A stretch of 64,000 nt of DNA from Azolla caroliniana (GCA_043228905.1 JBHGNT010000006.1:12400001-12464000); one strand, 5' to 3'; positions 25,340-39,088 are shown, counted from the first letter of the stretch. Program-made: numbers and translations. The notes: generated by a model from the sequence alone, not told the origin.

Positions 25340-28300
25340 GCGCTCTTCAAGCTAAACTAGCATAACTCAATGTGCTTGCAAGGGTATATTTCATATCTAG
25401 ACTGAAATGAGCATTAATAATCACAAAACAATATGTAATGCCCGTTGACAATGGGCAAGCAAAGTGAGATGACCTTTCTTACAATGAGTAAGCAAAGTGA
25501 GATGAACTTGCATGCGAAGCCCACTAACTAGGGGCGTTGACTTAGGATAAGCACAATGTCGTGCCTTGACTATTATCACCAAATTAAATTTGACACAGCA
25601 TACCACACTCGCCGACCATGGGGCTCGAACCCATGACCACAAGGTTAAGAGCCTTGCGCTCTTCCATCTGAGCTAGGCCGGCTCAATGTGCTTGACAACT
25701 ACACTTTCATCCTAGACTGAGATGATCATTTATGAGTTAATACAACATGTAATGCCCACGGACCATGGCTCTCGAACCCATGATGAAAAGATTAAGAGCC
25801 TTGCGCTCTTCAAGCTAAACTAGCATAACTCAATGTGCTTGCCAAGGTAAATTTCATATCTAGACTGAAATGAGCATTAATAATCACAAAACAATATGTA
25901 ATGCCCGCTAACAATGGGCAAGGAAAGTGAGATGACCTTTCTTACAATGAGTAAGCAAAGTGAGATGACCTTGCATCCAAAGCCCACCAATTAGGGGCAT
26001 TGAATTAGGATAAGCACAATGTCGTGCCTTGACTTATATCACCAAATTTTATTTGACACAACATGCCACACTCGCCGACCATGGGGCTCGAACCCATGAC
26101 CTTAAGGTCAAGAGCCTTACGCTCTTCCATCTGAGCTAGGCCGGCTCGATGTACTTGACAACCACACTTTCATCCTAGACTGCAATGACCATTTATGAGT
26201 TAATACAACATGTAATGCCCACGAACCATGGCTCTCGAACCTATGATGAAAAGATTAAGAGCCTTGCGCTCTTCAAGCTAAACTAGCATAACTCAATGTG
26301 CTTACCAAGGTAAATTTCATATCTAGAGTGAAATGAGCATTCATAATCACAAAACAATATATAATGCCCGCTAACAATGGGCAAGCAAAGTGAGATGACC
26401 TTTCTTACAATGAATAAGCAAAGTCAGATGAACTTGCATGCGAAGCCAACTAACTAGGGGCGTTGACTTAGGATAAGCACAATGTCGTGCCTTAACTTAT
26501 ATCAGCAACTTTTATTTGACACAACATGCCACACTCGCCGACCATGGGGCTCGAACCCATGACCACAATGTTAAGATCCTTGCGCTCTTCCATCTGAGCT
26601 AGGCCGGCTCGATATGCTTGACAACCACACTTTCATCCTAGACTGAGATGACCATTTATGAGTTAATACAACATGTAATGCCCACGGACCATGGCTCTCG
26701 AACCCATGATGAAAAGATTAAGAGCCTTGCGCTCTTGAAGCTAAACTAGCATAACTCAATGTGCTTGCCAAGGTAAATTTCATATCTAGAGTGAAATGAG
26801 CATTAATAATCACAAAACAATATGTAATTCCCGTTGACAATGGGCAAGGAAAGTGAGATGACCTTTCTTACAATGAGTAAGCAAAGCGAGATGAACTTGC
26901 ATGCGAAGCCCACTCACTAGGGGCGTTGACTTAGGATAAGCACAATGTCGTGCCTTGACTATTATCACCAAATTAAATTTGACACATCATACCACACTCG
27001 CCGACCATGGGGCTCGAACCCATGACCACAAGGTTAAGAGCCTTGCGCTCTTCCATCTGAGCTAGGCCGGCTCAATGTGCTTGACAACTACACTTTCATC
27101 CTAGACTGAGATGATCATTTATGAGTTAATACAACATGTAATGCCCACGGACCATGGCTCTCGAACCCATGATGAAAAGATTAAGAGCCTTGCGCTCTTG
27201 AAGCTAAACTAGCATAACTCAATGTGCTTGCCAAGGTAAATTTCATATCTAGAGTGAAATGAGCATTAATAATCATAAAACAATATGTAATTCCCGTTTA
27301 CAATGGGCAAGGAAAGTGAGATGACCTTTCTTACAATGAGTAAGCAAAGTGAGATGAACTTGCATGCAAAGCCCACTAACTAGGGGCGTTAACTTAGGAT
27401 AAGCACAATGTCGTGCCTTCAGTTATATCACCAAATTTTATTTGACACAGCATGCCACACTCGCCGACCATGGGGCTCGAACCCATGACCACAAGGTTAA
27501 GAGCCTTGCGCTCTTCCATCTGAGCTAGGCCGGCTCGATGTGCCTGACAACTACACTTTCATCCTAGACTGAGATGATCATTTATGAGTTAATACAACAT
27601 GTAATGCCCACGGACCATGGCTCTCGAACCCATCATGAAAAGATTAAGAGCCTTGCGCTCTTCAAACTAAACTAGCATAACTCAATGTGCTTGCCAAGGT
27701 AAATTTCATATCTAGATTGAAATGAGCATTAATAATCACAAAACAATATGTAATGCCCGCTAACAATGGGCAAGCAAAGTGAGATGACCTTTCTTACAAT
27801 GAGTAAACAAAGTGAGATGAATTTGCATGCGAAGCCCACTAACTAGGGGCGTTGACTTAGGATAAGCACAATGTCGTGCCTTGACTTATATCACCAAATT
27901 TTATTTGACACAGCATACCACACTCTCCGACCATGGGGCTCGAACCCATGACCACAAGGTTAAGAGCCTTGCGCTCTTCCATCTGAGCTAGGCCGGCGCG
28001 ATGTGCTTGACAACCACACTTTCATCCTAGACTGCAATGACCATTTATGAGTTAATACAACATGTAATGCCCACGAACCATGGCTCTCGAACCCATGATG
28101 AAAAGATTAAGAGCCTTGCGCTCTTCAAGCTAAACTAGCATAACTCAATGTGCTTGCCAAGGTAAATTTCATATCTAGACTGAAATGAGCATTAATAATC
28201 ACAAAACAATATGTAATGCCCGTTGACAATGGGCAAGCAAAGTGAGATGACCTTTCTTACAATGAGTAAGCAAAGTGAGATGAACTTGCATGCGAAGCCC

Positions 28301-31300
28301 ACTAACTAGGGGCGTTGACTTAGGATAAGCACAATGTCGTGCCTTGACTTATATCACCAAATTTTATTTGACACAGCATACCACACTCTCCGACCATGGG
28401 GCTCGAACCCATGACCACAAGGTTAAGAGCCTTGCGCTCTTCCATCTGAGCTAGGCCGGCGCGATGTGCTTGACAACCACACTTTCATCCTAGACTGCAA
28501 TGACCATTTATGAGTTAATACAACATGTAATGCCCACGAACCATGGCTCTCGAACCTATGATGAAAAGATTAAGAGCCTTGCGCTCTTCAAGCTAAACTA
28601 GCATAACTCAATGTGCTTACCAAGGTAAATTTCATATCTAGAGTGAAATGAGCATTCATAATCACAAAACAATATATAATGCCCGCTAACAATGGGCAAG
28701 CAAAGTGAGATGACCTTTCTTACAATGAATAAGCAAAGTGAGATGAACTTGCATGCGAAGCCAACTAACTAGGGGCGTTGACTTAGGATAAGCACAATGT
28801 CGTGCCTTAACTTATATCAGCAACTTTTATTTGACACAACATGCCACACTCGCCGACCATGGGGCTCGAACCCATGACCACAATGTTAAGATCCTTGCGC
28901 TCTTCCATCTGAGCTAGGCCGGCTCGATATGCTTGACAACCACACTGTCATCCTAGACTGAGATAACCATTTATGAGTTAATACAACATGTAATGCCCAC
29001 GGACCATGGCTCTCAAACCCATGATGAAAAGATTAAGAGCCTTGCGCTCTTGAAGCTAAACTAGCATAACTCAATGTGCTTGCCAAGGTAAATTTCATAT
29101 CTAGAGTGAAATGAGCATTAATAATCACAAAACAATATGTAATTCCCGTTGACAATGGGCAAGGAAAGTGAGATGACATTTCTTACAATGAGTAAGCAAA
29201 GCGAGATGAACTTGCATGCGAAGCCCACTAACTAGGGGCGTTGACTTAGGATAAGCACAATGTCGTGCCTTGACTATTATCACCAAATTAAATTTGACAG
29301 AGCATACCACACTCGCCGACCATGGGGCTCGAACCCATGACCACAAGGTTAAGAGCCTTGCGCTCTTCCATCTGAGCTAGGCCGGCTCAATGTGCTTGAC
29401 AACTACACTTTCATCCTAGACTGAGATGATCATTTATGAGTTAATACAACATGTAATGCCCACGGACCATGGCTCTCGAACCCATGATGAAAAGATTAAG
29501 AGCCTTGCGCTCTTGAAGCTAAACTAGCATAACTCAATGTGCTTGCCAAGGTAAATTTCATATCTAGAGTGAAATGAGCATTAATAATCATAAAACAATA
29601 TGTAATTCCCGTTTACAATGGACAAGGAAAGTGAGATGACCTTTCTTACAATGAGTAAGCAAAGTGAGATGAACTTGCATGCAAAGCCCACTAACTAGGG
29701 GCGTTAACTTAGGATAAGCACAATGTCGTGCCTTCAGTTATATCACCAAATTTTATTTGACACAGCATGCCACACTCGCCGACCATGGGGCTCGAACCCA
29801 TGACCACAAGGTTAAGAGCCTTGCGCTCTTCCATCTGAGCTAGGCCGGCTCGATGTGCCTGACAACTACACTTTCATCCTAGACTGAGATGATCATTTAT
29901 GAGTTAATACAACATGTAATGCCCACGGACCATGGCTCTCGAACCCATCATGAAAAGATTAAGAGCCTTGCGCTCTTCAAACTAAACTAGCATAACTCAA
30001 TGTGCTTGCCAAGGTAAATTTCATATCTAGATTGAAATGAGCATTAATAATCACAAAACAATATGTAATGCCCGCTAACAATGGGAAAGCAAAGTGAGAT
30101 GACCTTTCTTACAATGAGTAAACAAAGTGAGATGAATTTGCATGCGAAGCCCACTAACTATGGGCGTTGACTTAGGATAAGCACAAAGTCGTGCCTTCAG
30201 TTATATCACCAAATTTTATTTGACACAGCATGCCACACTCGCCGACCATGGGGCTCGAACCCATGACCACAAGGTTAAGAGCCTTGCGCTCTTCCATCTG
30301 AGCTAGGCCGGCTTGATATGCTTGACAACCACACTTTCATCCTAGACTGAGATGACCATTAATGAGATAATACAACATGTTATGCCCACGGACCATGGCT
30401 CTCGAACCCATGATGAAAAGATTAAGAGCCTTGCGCTCTTCAAGCTAAACTAGCATAACTCAATGTGCTTGCCAAGGTAAATTTCATATCTAGACTGAAA
30501 TGAGCATTAATAATCACAAAACAATATGTAATGCCCGTTGACAATGGGCAAGCAAAGTGAGATGACCTTTCTTACAATGAGTAAGCAAAGTGAGATGAAC
30601 TTGCATGCGAAGCCCACTAACTAGGGGCGTTGACTTAGGATAAGCACAATGTCGTGCCTTGACTTATATCACCAAATTTTATTTGACACAGCATACCACA
30701 CTCTCCGACCATGGGGCTCGAACCCATGACCACAAGGTTAAGAGCCTTGCGCTCTTCCATCTGAGCTAGGCCGGCGCGATGTGCTTGACAACCACACTTT
30801 CATCCTAGACTGCAATGACCATTTATGAGTTAATACAACATGTAATGCCCACGAACCATGGCTCTCGAACCTATGATGAAAAGATTAAGAGCCTTGCGTT
30901 CTTCAAGCTAAACTAGCATAACTCAATGTGCTTACCAAGGTAAATTTCATATCTAGAGTGAAATGAGCATTCATAATCACAAAACAATATATAATGCCCG
31001 CTAACAATGGGCAAGCAAAGTGAGATGACCTTTCTTACAATGAATAAGCAAAGTGAGATGAACTTGCATGCGAAGCCAACTAACTAGGGGCGTTGACTTA
31101 GGATAAGCACAATGTCGTGCCTTAACTTAAATCAGCAACTTTTATTTGACACAACATGCCACACTCGCCGACCATGGGGCTCGAACCCATGACCACAATG
31201 TTAAGATCCTTGCGCTCTTCCATCTGAGCTAGGCCGGCTCGATATGCTTGACAACCACACTTTCATCCTAGACTGAGATGACCATTTATGAGTTAATACA

Positions 31301-34300
31301 ACATGTAATGCCCACGGACCATGGCTCTCGAACCCATGATGAAAAGATTAAGAGCCTTGCGCTCTTGAAGCTAAACTAGCATAACTCAATGTGCTTGCCA
31401 AGGTAAATTTCATATCTAGAGTGAAATGAGCATTAATAATCACAAAACAATATGTAATTCCCGTTGACAATGGGCAAGGAATGTGAGATGACCTTTCTTA
31501 CAATGAGTAAGCAAAGCGAGATGAACTTGCATGCGAAGCCTACTAACTAGGGGCGTTGACTTAGGATAAGCACAATGTCGTGCCTTGACTATTATCAGCA
31601 AATTAAATTTGACACAGCATACCACACTCGCCGACCATGGGGCTCGAACCCATGACCACAAGGTTAAGAGCCTTGCGCTCTTCCATCTGAGCTAGGCCGG
31701 CTCAATGTGCTTGACAACCACACTTTCATCCTAGACTGAGATGATCATTTATGAGTTAATACAACATGTAATGCCCACGGACCATGGCTCTCGAACCCAT
31801 GATGAAAAGATTAAGAGCCTTGCGCTCTTCAAGCTAAACTAGCATAACTCAATGTGCTTGCCAAGGTAAATTTCATATCTAGACTGAAATGAGCATTAAT
31901 AATCACAAAACAATATGTAATGCCCGCTAACAATGGGCAAGCAAAGTGAGATGACCTTTCTTACAATGAGTAAGCAAAGTGAGATGACCTTGCATCCAAA
32001 GCCCACCAATTAGGGGCATTGAATTAGGATAAGCACAATGTCGTGCCTTGACTTATATCACCAAATTTTATTTGACACAACATGCCACACTCGCCGACCA
32101 TGGGGCTCGAACCCATGACCACAAGGTCAAGAGCCTTACGCTCTTCCATCTGAGCTAGGCCGGCTTGATGTACTTGACAACCACACTTTCATCCTAGACT
32201 GCAATGACCATTTATGAGTTAATACAACATGTAATGCCCACGAACCATGGCTCTCGAACCTATGATGAAAAGATTAAGAGCCTTGCGCTCTTCAAGCTAA
32301 ACTAGCATAACTCAATGTGCTTACCAAGGTAAATTTCATATCTAGAGTGAAATGAGCATTCATAATCACAAAACAATATATAATGCCCGCTAACAATGGG
32401 CAAGCAAAGTGAGATGACCTTTCTTACAATGAATAAGCAAAGTGAGATGAACTTGCATGCGAAGCCAACTAACTAGGGGCGTTGACTTAGGATAAGCACA
32501 ATGTTGTGCCTTAACTTATATCAGCAACTTTTATTTGACACAACATGCCACACTCGCCGACCATGGGGCTAGAACCCATGACCACAATGTTAAGATCCTT
32601 GCGCTCTTCCATCTGAGCTAGGCCGGCTCGATATGCTTGACAACCACACTTTCATCCTAGACTGAGATGACCATTTATGAGTTAATACAACATGTAATGC
32701 CCACGGACCATGGCTCTCGAACCCATGATGAAAAGATTAAGAGCCTTGCGCTCTTGAAGCTAAACTAGCATAACTCAATGTGCTTGCCAAGGTAAATTTC
32801 ATATCTAGAGTGAAATGAGCATTAATAATCACAAAACAATATGTAATTCCCGTTGACAATGGGCAAGGAAAGTGAGATGACCTTTCTTACAATGAGTAAG
32901 CAAAGCGAGATGAACTTGCATGCAAAGCCCACTAACTAGGGGCGTTGACTTAGGATAAGCACAATGTCGTGCCTTGATTTACATCACCAAATTTTATTTG
33001 ACACAGCATACCACACTCGCCGACCATGGGGCTCGAACCCATGACCACAAGGTTAAGAGCCTTACGCTCTTCCATCTGAGCTAGGCCGGCTCGATGTGCC
33101 TGACAACTACACTTTCATCCTAGACTGAGATGATCATTTATGAGTTAATACAACATGTAATGCCCACGGACCATGGCTCTCGAACCCATCATGAAAAGAT
33201 TAAGAGCCTTGCGCTCTTCAAACTAAACTAGCATAACTCAATGTGCTTGCCAAGGTAAATTTCATATCTAGATTGAAATGAGCATTAATAATCACAAAAC
33301 AATATGTAATGCCCGCTAACAATGGGCAAGCAAAGTGAGATGACCTTTGTTACAATGAGTAAACAAAGTGAGATGAATTTGCATGCGAAGCCCATTAACT
33401 ATGGGCGTTGACTTAGGATAAGCACAAAGTGGTGCCTTCAGTTATATCACCAAATTTTATTTGACACAGCATGCCACACTCGCCGACCATGGGGCTCGAA
33501 CCCATGACCACAAGGTTAAGAGCCTTGCGCTCTTCCATCTGAGCTAGGCCGGCTTGATATGCTTGACAACCACACTTTCATCCTAGACTGAGATGACCAT
33601 TAATGAGATAATACAACATGTTATGCCCACGGACCATGGCTCTCGAACCCATGATGAAAAGATTAAGAGCCTTGCGCTCTTCAAGCTAAACTAGCATAAC
33701 TCAATGTGCTTGCCAAGGTAAATTTCATATCTAGACTGAAATGAGCATTAATAATCACAAAACAATATGTAATGCCCGTTGACAATGGGCAAGCAAAGTG
33801 AGATGACCTTTCTTACAATGAGTAAGCAAAGTGAGATGAACTTGCATGCGAAGCCCACTAACTAGGGGCGTTGACTTAGGATAAGCACAAAGTCGTGCCT
33901 TGACTTATATCGCCAAATTTTATTTGACACAGCATACCACACTCGCGGACCATGGGGCTCGAACCCATGACCACAAGGTTAAGAGCCTTGCGCTCTTCCA
34001 TCTGAGCTAGGCCGGCGCGATGTGCTTGACAACCACACTTTCATCCTAGACTGAGATGACCATTAATGAGATAATACAACATGTAATGCCCACGGACCAT
34101 GGCTCTCGAACCCATGATGAAAAGATTAAGAGCCTTGCGCTCTTCAAGCTAAACTAGCATAACTCAATGTGCTTGCCAAGGTAAATTTCATATCTAGACT
34201 GAAATGAGCATTAATAATCACAAAACAATATGTAATGCCCGTTGACAATGGGCAAGCAAAGTGAGATGACCTTTCTTACAATGAGTAAGCAAAGTGAGAT

Positions 34301-34877
34301 GAACTTGCATGCGAAGCCCACTAACTAGGGGCGTTGACTTAGGATAAGCACAATGTCGTGCCTTGACTTATATCACCAAATTTTATTTGACACAGCATAC
34401 CACACTCGCCGACCATGGGGCTCGAACCCATGACCACAAGGTTAAGAGCCTTGCGCTCTTCCATCTGAGCTAGGCCGGCTCGATGTGCTTGACAACTACA
34501 CTTTCATCCTAGACTGAGATGATCATTTATGAGTTAATACAACATGTAATGCCCATGGACCATGGCTCTCGAACCCATGATGAAAAGATTAAGAGCCTTG
34601 CGCTCTTTAAGCTAAACTAGCATAACTCAATGTGCTTGCCAAGGTAAATTTCATATCTAGACTGAAATGAGCATTAATAATCACAAAACAATATGTAATG
34701 CCCGCTAACAATGGGCAAGCAAAGTGAGATGACCTTTCTTACAATGAGTAAGCAAAGTGAGATGAACTTGCATGCGAAGCCCACTAACTAGGGGCGTTGA
34801 CTTAGGACAAGCACAATGTCGTGCCTTAACTTATATCAGCAAATTTTATTTGACACAGCATGCCACACTCGCCGACC

Positions 34878-34947
34878 ATTGGAGCGGCCCAGATCGTATA
34901 CGCCTCTATTATTTCCATCAGTCAACGTAATCTCAAGAGGAGAATAG
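34878..34947 (+). pseudogene. ndhD: Plastid ndhD fragment (nuclear plastid DNA)
   Basis: Translates [22 protein letters not shown], matching the NdhD motif G..QI.YA...S..QRNLK.RI. Confidence 0.8.
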
Positions 34948-35060
34948 TAAATTTCCAAAATGATAACTAAGAATACAGCAAATAAGGCCATGAAGAATCC
35001 CATTAGAGGGGTAGTTCCCCAACCAGGGGCCACTTTACCATATTCTGAGTTAACTGGCTT
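34947..35060 (-). pseudogene. psbH: Plastid psbH fragment (nuclear plastid DNA)
   Basis: Translates [38 protein letters not shown], the conserved PsbH core. Confidence 0.93.
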
Positions 35061-35514
35061 CGGGCCTCGAACCCATGACCAGAAGGTTAAGAGCCTTGCG
35101 CTCTTCCATCTGAGCTAGGCCAGCTCGATATGCTTGACAACCACACTTTCATCCTAGACTGAGATGACCATTTATGAGTTAATACAACATGTAATGCCCA
35201 CGGACCATGGCTCTCGAACCCATGATGAAAAGATTAAGAGCCTTGCGCCCTTGAAGCTAAACTAGCATAACTCAATGTGCTTGCCAAGGTAAATTTCATA
35301 TCTAGACTGAAATGAGCATTAATAATCACAAAACAATATGTAATGCCCGTTGACAATGGGCAAGGAAAGTGAGATGACCTTTCTTACAATGAGTAAGCAA
35401 CGTGAGATGAACTTGCATGCGAAGCCCACTAACTAGGGGCGTTGACTTAGGATAAGCACAATGTCGTGCCTTGACTTATATCACCAAATTTTATTTGACA
35501 CAGCATACCACACT

Positions 35515-35587
35515 CGCCGACCATGGGGCTCGAACCCATGACCACAAGGTTAAGAGCCTTGCGCTCTTCCATCTGAGCTAGGCCGGC
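35515..35587 (-). tRNA. tRNA-Lys(CUU), last canonical copy in the array core
   Basis: Same 73-nt cloverleaf as 17694-17766. Confidence 0.78.
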
Positions 35588-37128
35588 TCGATGTGCTTGA
35601 CAACTACACTTTCATCCTAGACTGAGATGATCATTTATGAGTTAATACAACATGTAATGCCCACGGACCATGGCTCTCGAACCCATCATGAAAAGATTAA
35701 GAGCCTTACGCTCTTCAAGCTAAACTAGCATAACTTAATGTGCTTGCCAAGGTAAATTTCATATCTAGAGTGAAATGAGCATTAATAATCACAAAACAAT
35801 ATGTAATGCCCGCTAACAGCTAAACTAACTCAACTCAATGTGCTCTTCCAGCTAAACTAACTCAACTCAATGTGCTCTTCCAGCTAAACTAACTCAACTC
35901 AATGTGCTTGCCAGGGAAAATTTCAAATCTATAGTGAAATGACCATTAATAATTACAAAACAAGATGAAAAGTGCTCTTGAATCTATAGTGAAATGACCA
36001 TTAATAATCTATAGTGCTCTCGAACTCATGATGAAAAGATTAAGAGCCTTGCGCTCTTCCAGCTAAACTAACTCAACTCAATGTGCTTGCCAAGGAAAAT
36101 TTCAAATCTATAGTGAAATGACCATTAATAATTACAAAACAAGATGAAAAGTGCTCTCGAATCTATAGTGAAATGACCATTAATAATCTATAGTGCTCTC
36201 GAACTCATGATGAAAAGATTAAGAGCCTTGCGCTCTTCCATCTAAACTAGGCCAAGTCAATGTGCTTGCCAAGGAAATTTCATATCTAGATTGAAATGAC
36301 CATTAGTAATTACAAAACAAGATGTAATGCCTGCTTACAATGGGTAAGCACAGTGAGATGACCTTGCATGCGAAGCCCACCAACTAGGGGCCTTGACTTA
36401 GGGTAAGCACAATGGCATGCCTAGAGTTATATGACCAAATATGAGTTGACCAAGCATGCCACACTCGCCGACCATGGGGCTCGAACCCATGACCACAAGG
36501 TCAAGAGCCTTGCGCTCTTCCATCTGAGCGAGGCCGGTTCGGTATGCTTGACTAGCACAATTTCATCCTAGACTGAGATGACCATTTATGAGTTAATACA
36601 ACATGTAATGCCCATGGAATATGGTTCTCGAACCTATGATGAAAAGATGAAGAGCCTTGCGCTCTACCAGCTAAACTAACCCAACTCAATGTGCTTGCCA
36701 AGGAAAATTTCATATGTAGAGTGAAATGACCATTAATAATTACAAAACAACATGTAATGCCCGCTAACAATGGGTAAGCAAAGTGAGATGACCTTGCATG
36801 CGAAGCCCACCAACTAGGGGCCTAGGCTTAGGGTAAGCGCAATGGCGTGCCTAGAGTTGTATGAGGGTCGAAGCATGCTACGGTGTATCAACTTTTGGCC
36901 AAAAATTCAGTACTAAATTGAGGATGAAAATAAACAATTATCATCTATTGAATGGTGTTCAATTTCAAATAAGAAATTCATTACGTCACACTCGAATGTA
37001 CAAAGATATTATACGTCACACTTGAAATGTCCCAAGGCCGTATTTAATACATTAATTGTAACTTCATTCTCCTAGGTAGAGTTGTACAAAAGCACCCCTG
37101 GAGAAGGTTTCGAATGTGATAGTTGGTT

Positions 37129-37129
<1 letters not shown>

Positions 37130-37162
<33 letters not shown>
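37130..37162. repeat. (TC)n microsatellite in the probable 5' region of the outer cargo gene
   Basis: About 15 TC units. Confidence 0.9.
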
Positions 37163-37166
<4 letters not shown>

Positions 37167-38124
37167 CTCTGTCTCAAAGTTGTCAGACAAGCAGTGGCAG
37201 AAAGTTAGAAAGAAGACACATATCTAATACCTATCTCTCTCTTTCTCTCTCTCACTCCACCTTCGAATCTCTGTTTCCTGCTTTCTTTTTGTTTCTCTCT
37301 CTCACTCCACTTTCGATTCTCTGTTTCCCTAGGTAGTTGTTGTTGTGTTCCCCTCTGTGCTAGGTTCGATCTCTGTCTCTGTATATGCAGAGATTTCTGT
37401 TTCCCCGGATTGATGTTCTTCTTGTTGATTTTCTTTCCTTGTGTATGCTCGTTTGTCTCCTCTGTTAATGTTCGTTTGTCTCCTCTGCAGCAGCCTCGTC
37501 AACAACCTCTTGCATATAGATGATTTTGAAGGCTTGGTGTACTCCCAAGGTGTCGAAATCAACACGGTGTGATACCTCTACCTTGACCTTGGCTCCATCT
37601 GCATTCGACCCATCAATCCATCTACAGCTTGTACGATCTCTAGGTATTCTCTGTGCTGCATGCCCAACTGGTATGTATTTGTTTTCTCTATGTTTCATGT
37701 CCGTCTGTTTTTAATTTGTATGTGTATGGGCATTTTTAGGTTTTGATTATTCATAGTCTATGTGTTGCATGCCCAACTGGTATGTTTTCATTTTCTTTGT
37801 GTTTCTTGTCTGTCTGTTTTTAATTTGTATGTGTTTGACATAGATGGATGAGTTTTCTTCTGACTGTTTAGGGTGGTTGTGTGTTTGACATGGTTTGTAC
37901 AAGCAACTTAGATGGAGTTGGATATGATGAGTTGCTATGTTTTCATTTTGTTGGTATGTTTTCGTTTTCTCTGTGTTTCCTGTCTGTTTTTAATTTGTAT
38001 GTGTTAGACATGGATGAGTTTTCTTCTGACTATTTAGAGTTTTTGTGTGTTTGACATGGCTTGTACATGCAATGTGATGATTTGCTATGTGTTGATGGTA
38101 ATTTGATGAGTTTTATTCTAGTAC

Positions 38125-39088
38125 ATGCATATTCATTCAACGAGAATAGTGATGACTAGGACAATGACGAGAAGGACACCCATAAAGAAGACATTGATGA
38201 AAGAGAAAGTGAAGACACCAGTGAAGAAAGGAAAAAGGACACCTATCAAAGAAAGCAAGAAGACACCCACAAGAGAAAGGGTGATGAATTCATCAACACA
38301 GAGAAAGAAGATGTACCACTCCATCATTCGAGACACACCTCTCGGATGGAGTTATTTCCTTCGAGCACGACCTGAAGTTTATCCTAAGTTGAGAGAGTGG
38401 TTGATAAAAACCTGGGGGTCAGCACATCCCGATACAAGGCGAGGATTCCACATAAGTGGATTGAAGAGGGAATATGTGAACTTATTGAAGACGAGATATG
38501 AACATGTTTATGATACAAATCAAATCTGTAACAATGAGGTGGGTACTGTTTTTGCACATGCATTTGCATGTGAAGTTCAAGGTGGCATCGACGTGGATTG
38601 GGAAGATTTTAATCGGCACCGGTCAGAACATTATAAAGGGTCCTCCAGTACCAACACTGGCTTGAAGTCATCGGGAACCTCTCATGTGGATATTCCGGCT
38701 ACAACACCTGTCCACCAAGTTCAATCTGCAAAAGTACATGCCACAATGACTGAAAAGCATGAACAGATGATGGCCAGTTGCATAGCTTCTATGAGCTCAA
38801 GAATACAAGCACTACTTGCTGATTTGGAAGCAGTTAAATCAGCTGAGATACAGGCAGAAAAAAAAATTCTCTTCATTAAAGACTACATATGAATGGATTG
38901 CATCGACAATCCAAATTTCAGAAAGTGAGGTGTTGAAAGAGGAGTTGAAGAAAGAGCTAAACAATATGGGCACTCAATTAGGTTCACAAATGAGAGACCT
39001 TGATACTTGTAGGAATGCACATTCCAAAATAGATAATAAGTTGTCAGCTTTAAAGTTGCATTCCGAGAACCTTGCGTGCTTAATAAGG
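38125..39088 (+). pseudogene. Outer cargo gene, N-terminal exon (unknown domain plus coiled coil), frameshifted
   Basis: YEHVY...NNEVGTVFAHAFACE...VDW aligns with HQKVH...NNELSVSFARAFAYE...VAW of the inner gene. Frameshift at the A-run near 38870, coiled-coil-like tail, donor AAG|GT at ~39088. Confidence 0.65.

Larger units (their letters stand above)
17216..36864 (-). repeat. Tandem array of 463-bp units, each with one intact-looking and one degenerate tRNA-Lys(CUU) copy
   Basis: Period 463 bp (matching ORFs are 926, 1852 and 2315 bp apart). About 37 units lie between 17694 and 35587, and both ends are rearranged or older. Confidence 0.95.

Noticed and set aside
20845-31661. Repeated 73-aa ORF MWSWVRAPWS... 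as a peptide gene family
   Set aside because: It starts at a non-ATG codon inside the tRNA sequence and is open only in units with a particular indel variant.
34836-35033. Functional nuclear psbH gene
   Set aside because: It is an internal fragment fused to antisense ndhD, with no transit peptide, promoter or true start.
17694-35587. Dispersed SINE insertions or tandem retrotransposon PBS relics
   Set aside because: There are no TSDs or poly(A)/poly(T) tails, the whole tRNA is present without encoded CCA, and units are head-to-tail. A remote SINE ancestry cannot be excluded.
37657-38095. Imperfect repeats (TTTTAATTTGTATGTGT, GCATGCCCAACTGGTATG) as a separate element
   Set aside because: They look like local duplications in a T-rich 5' intron of the outer cargo gene, with no termini or TSD.
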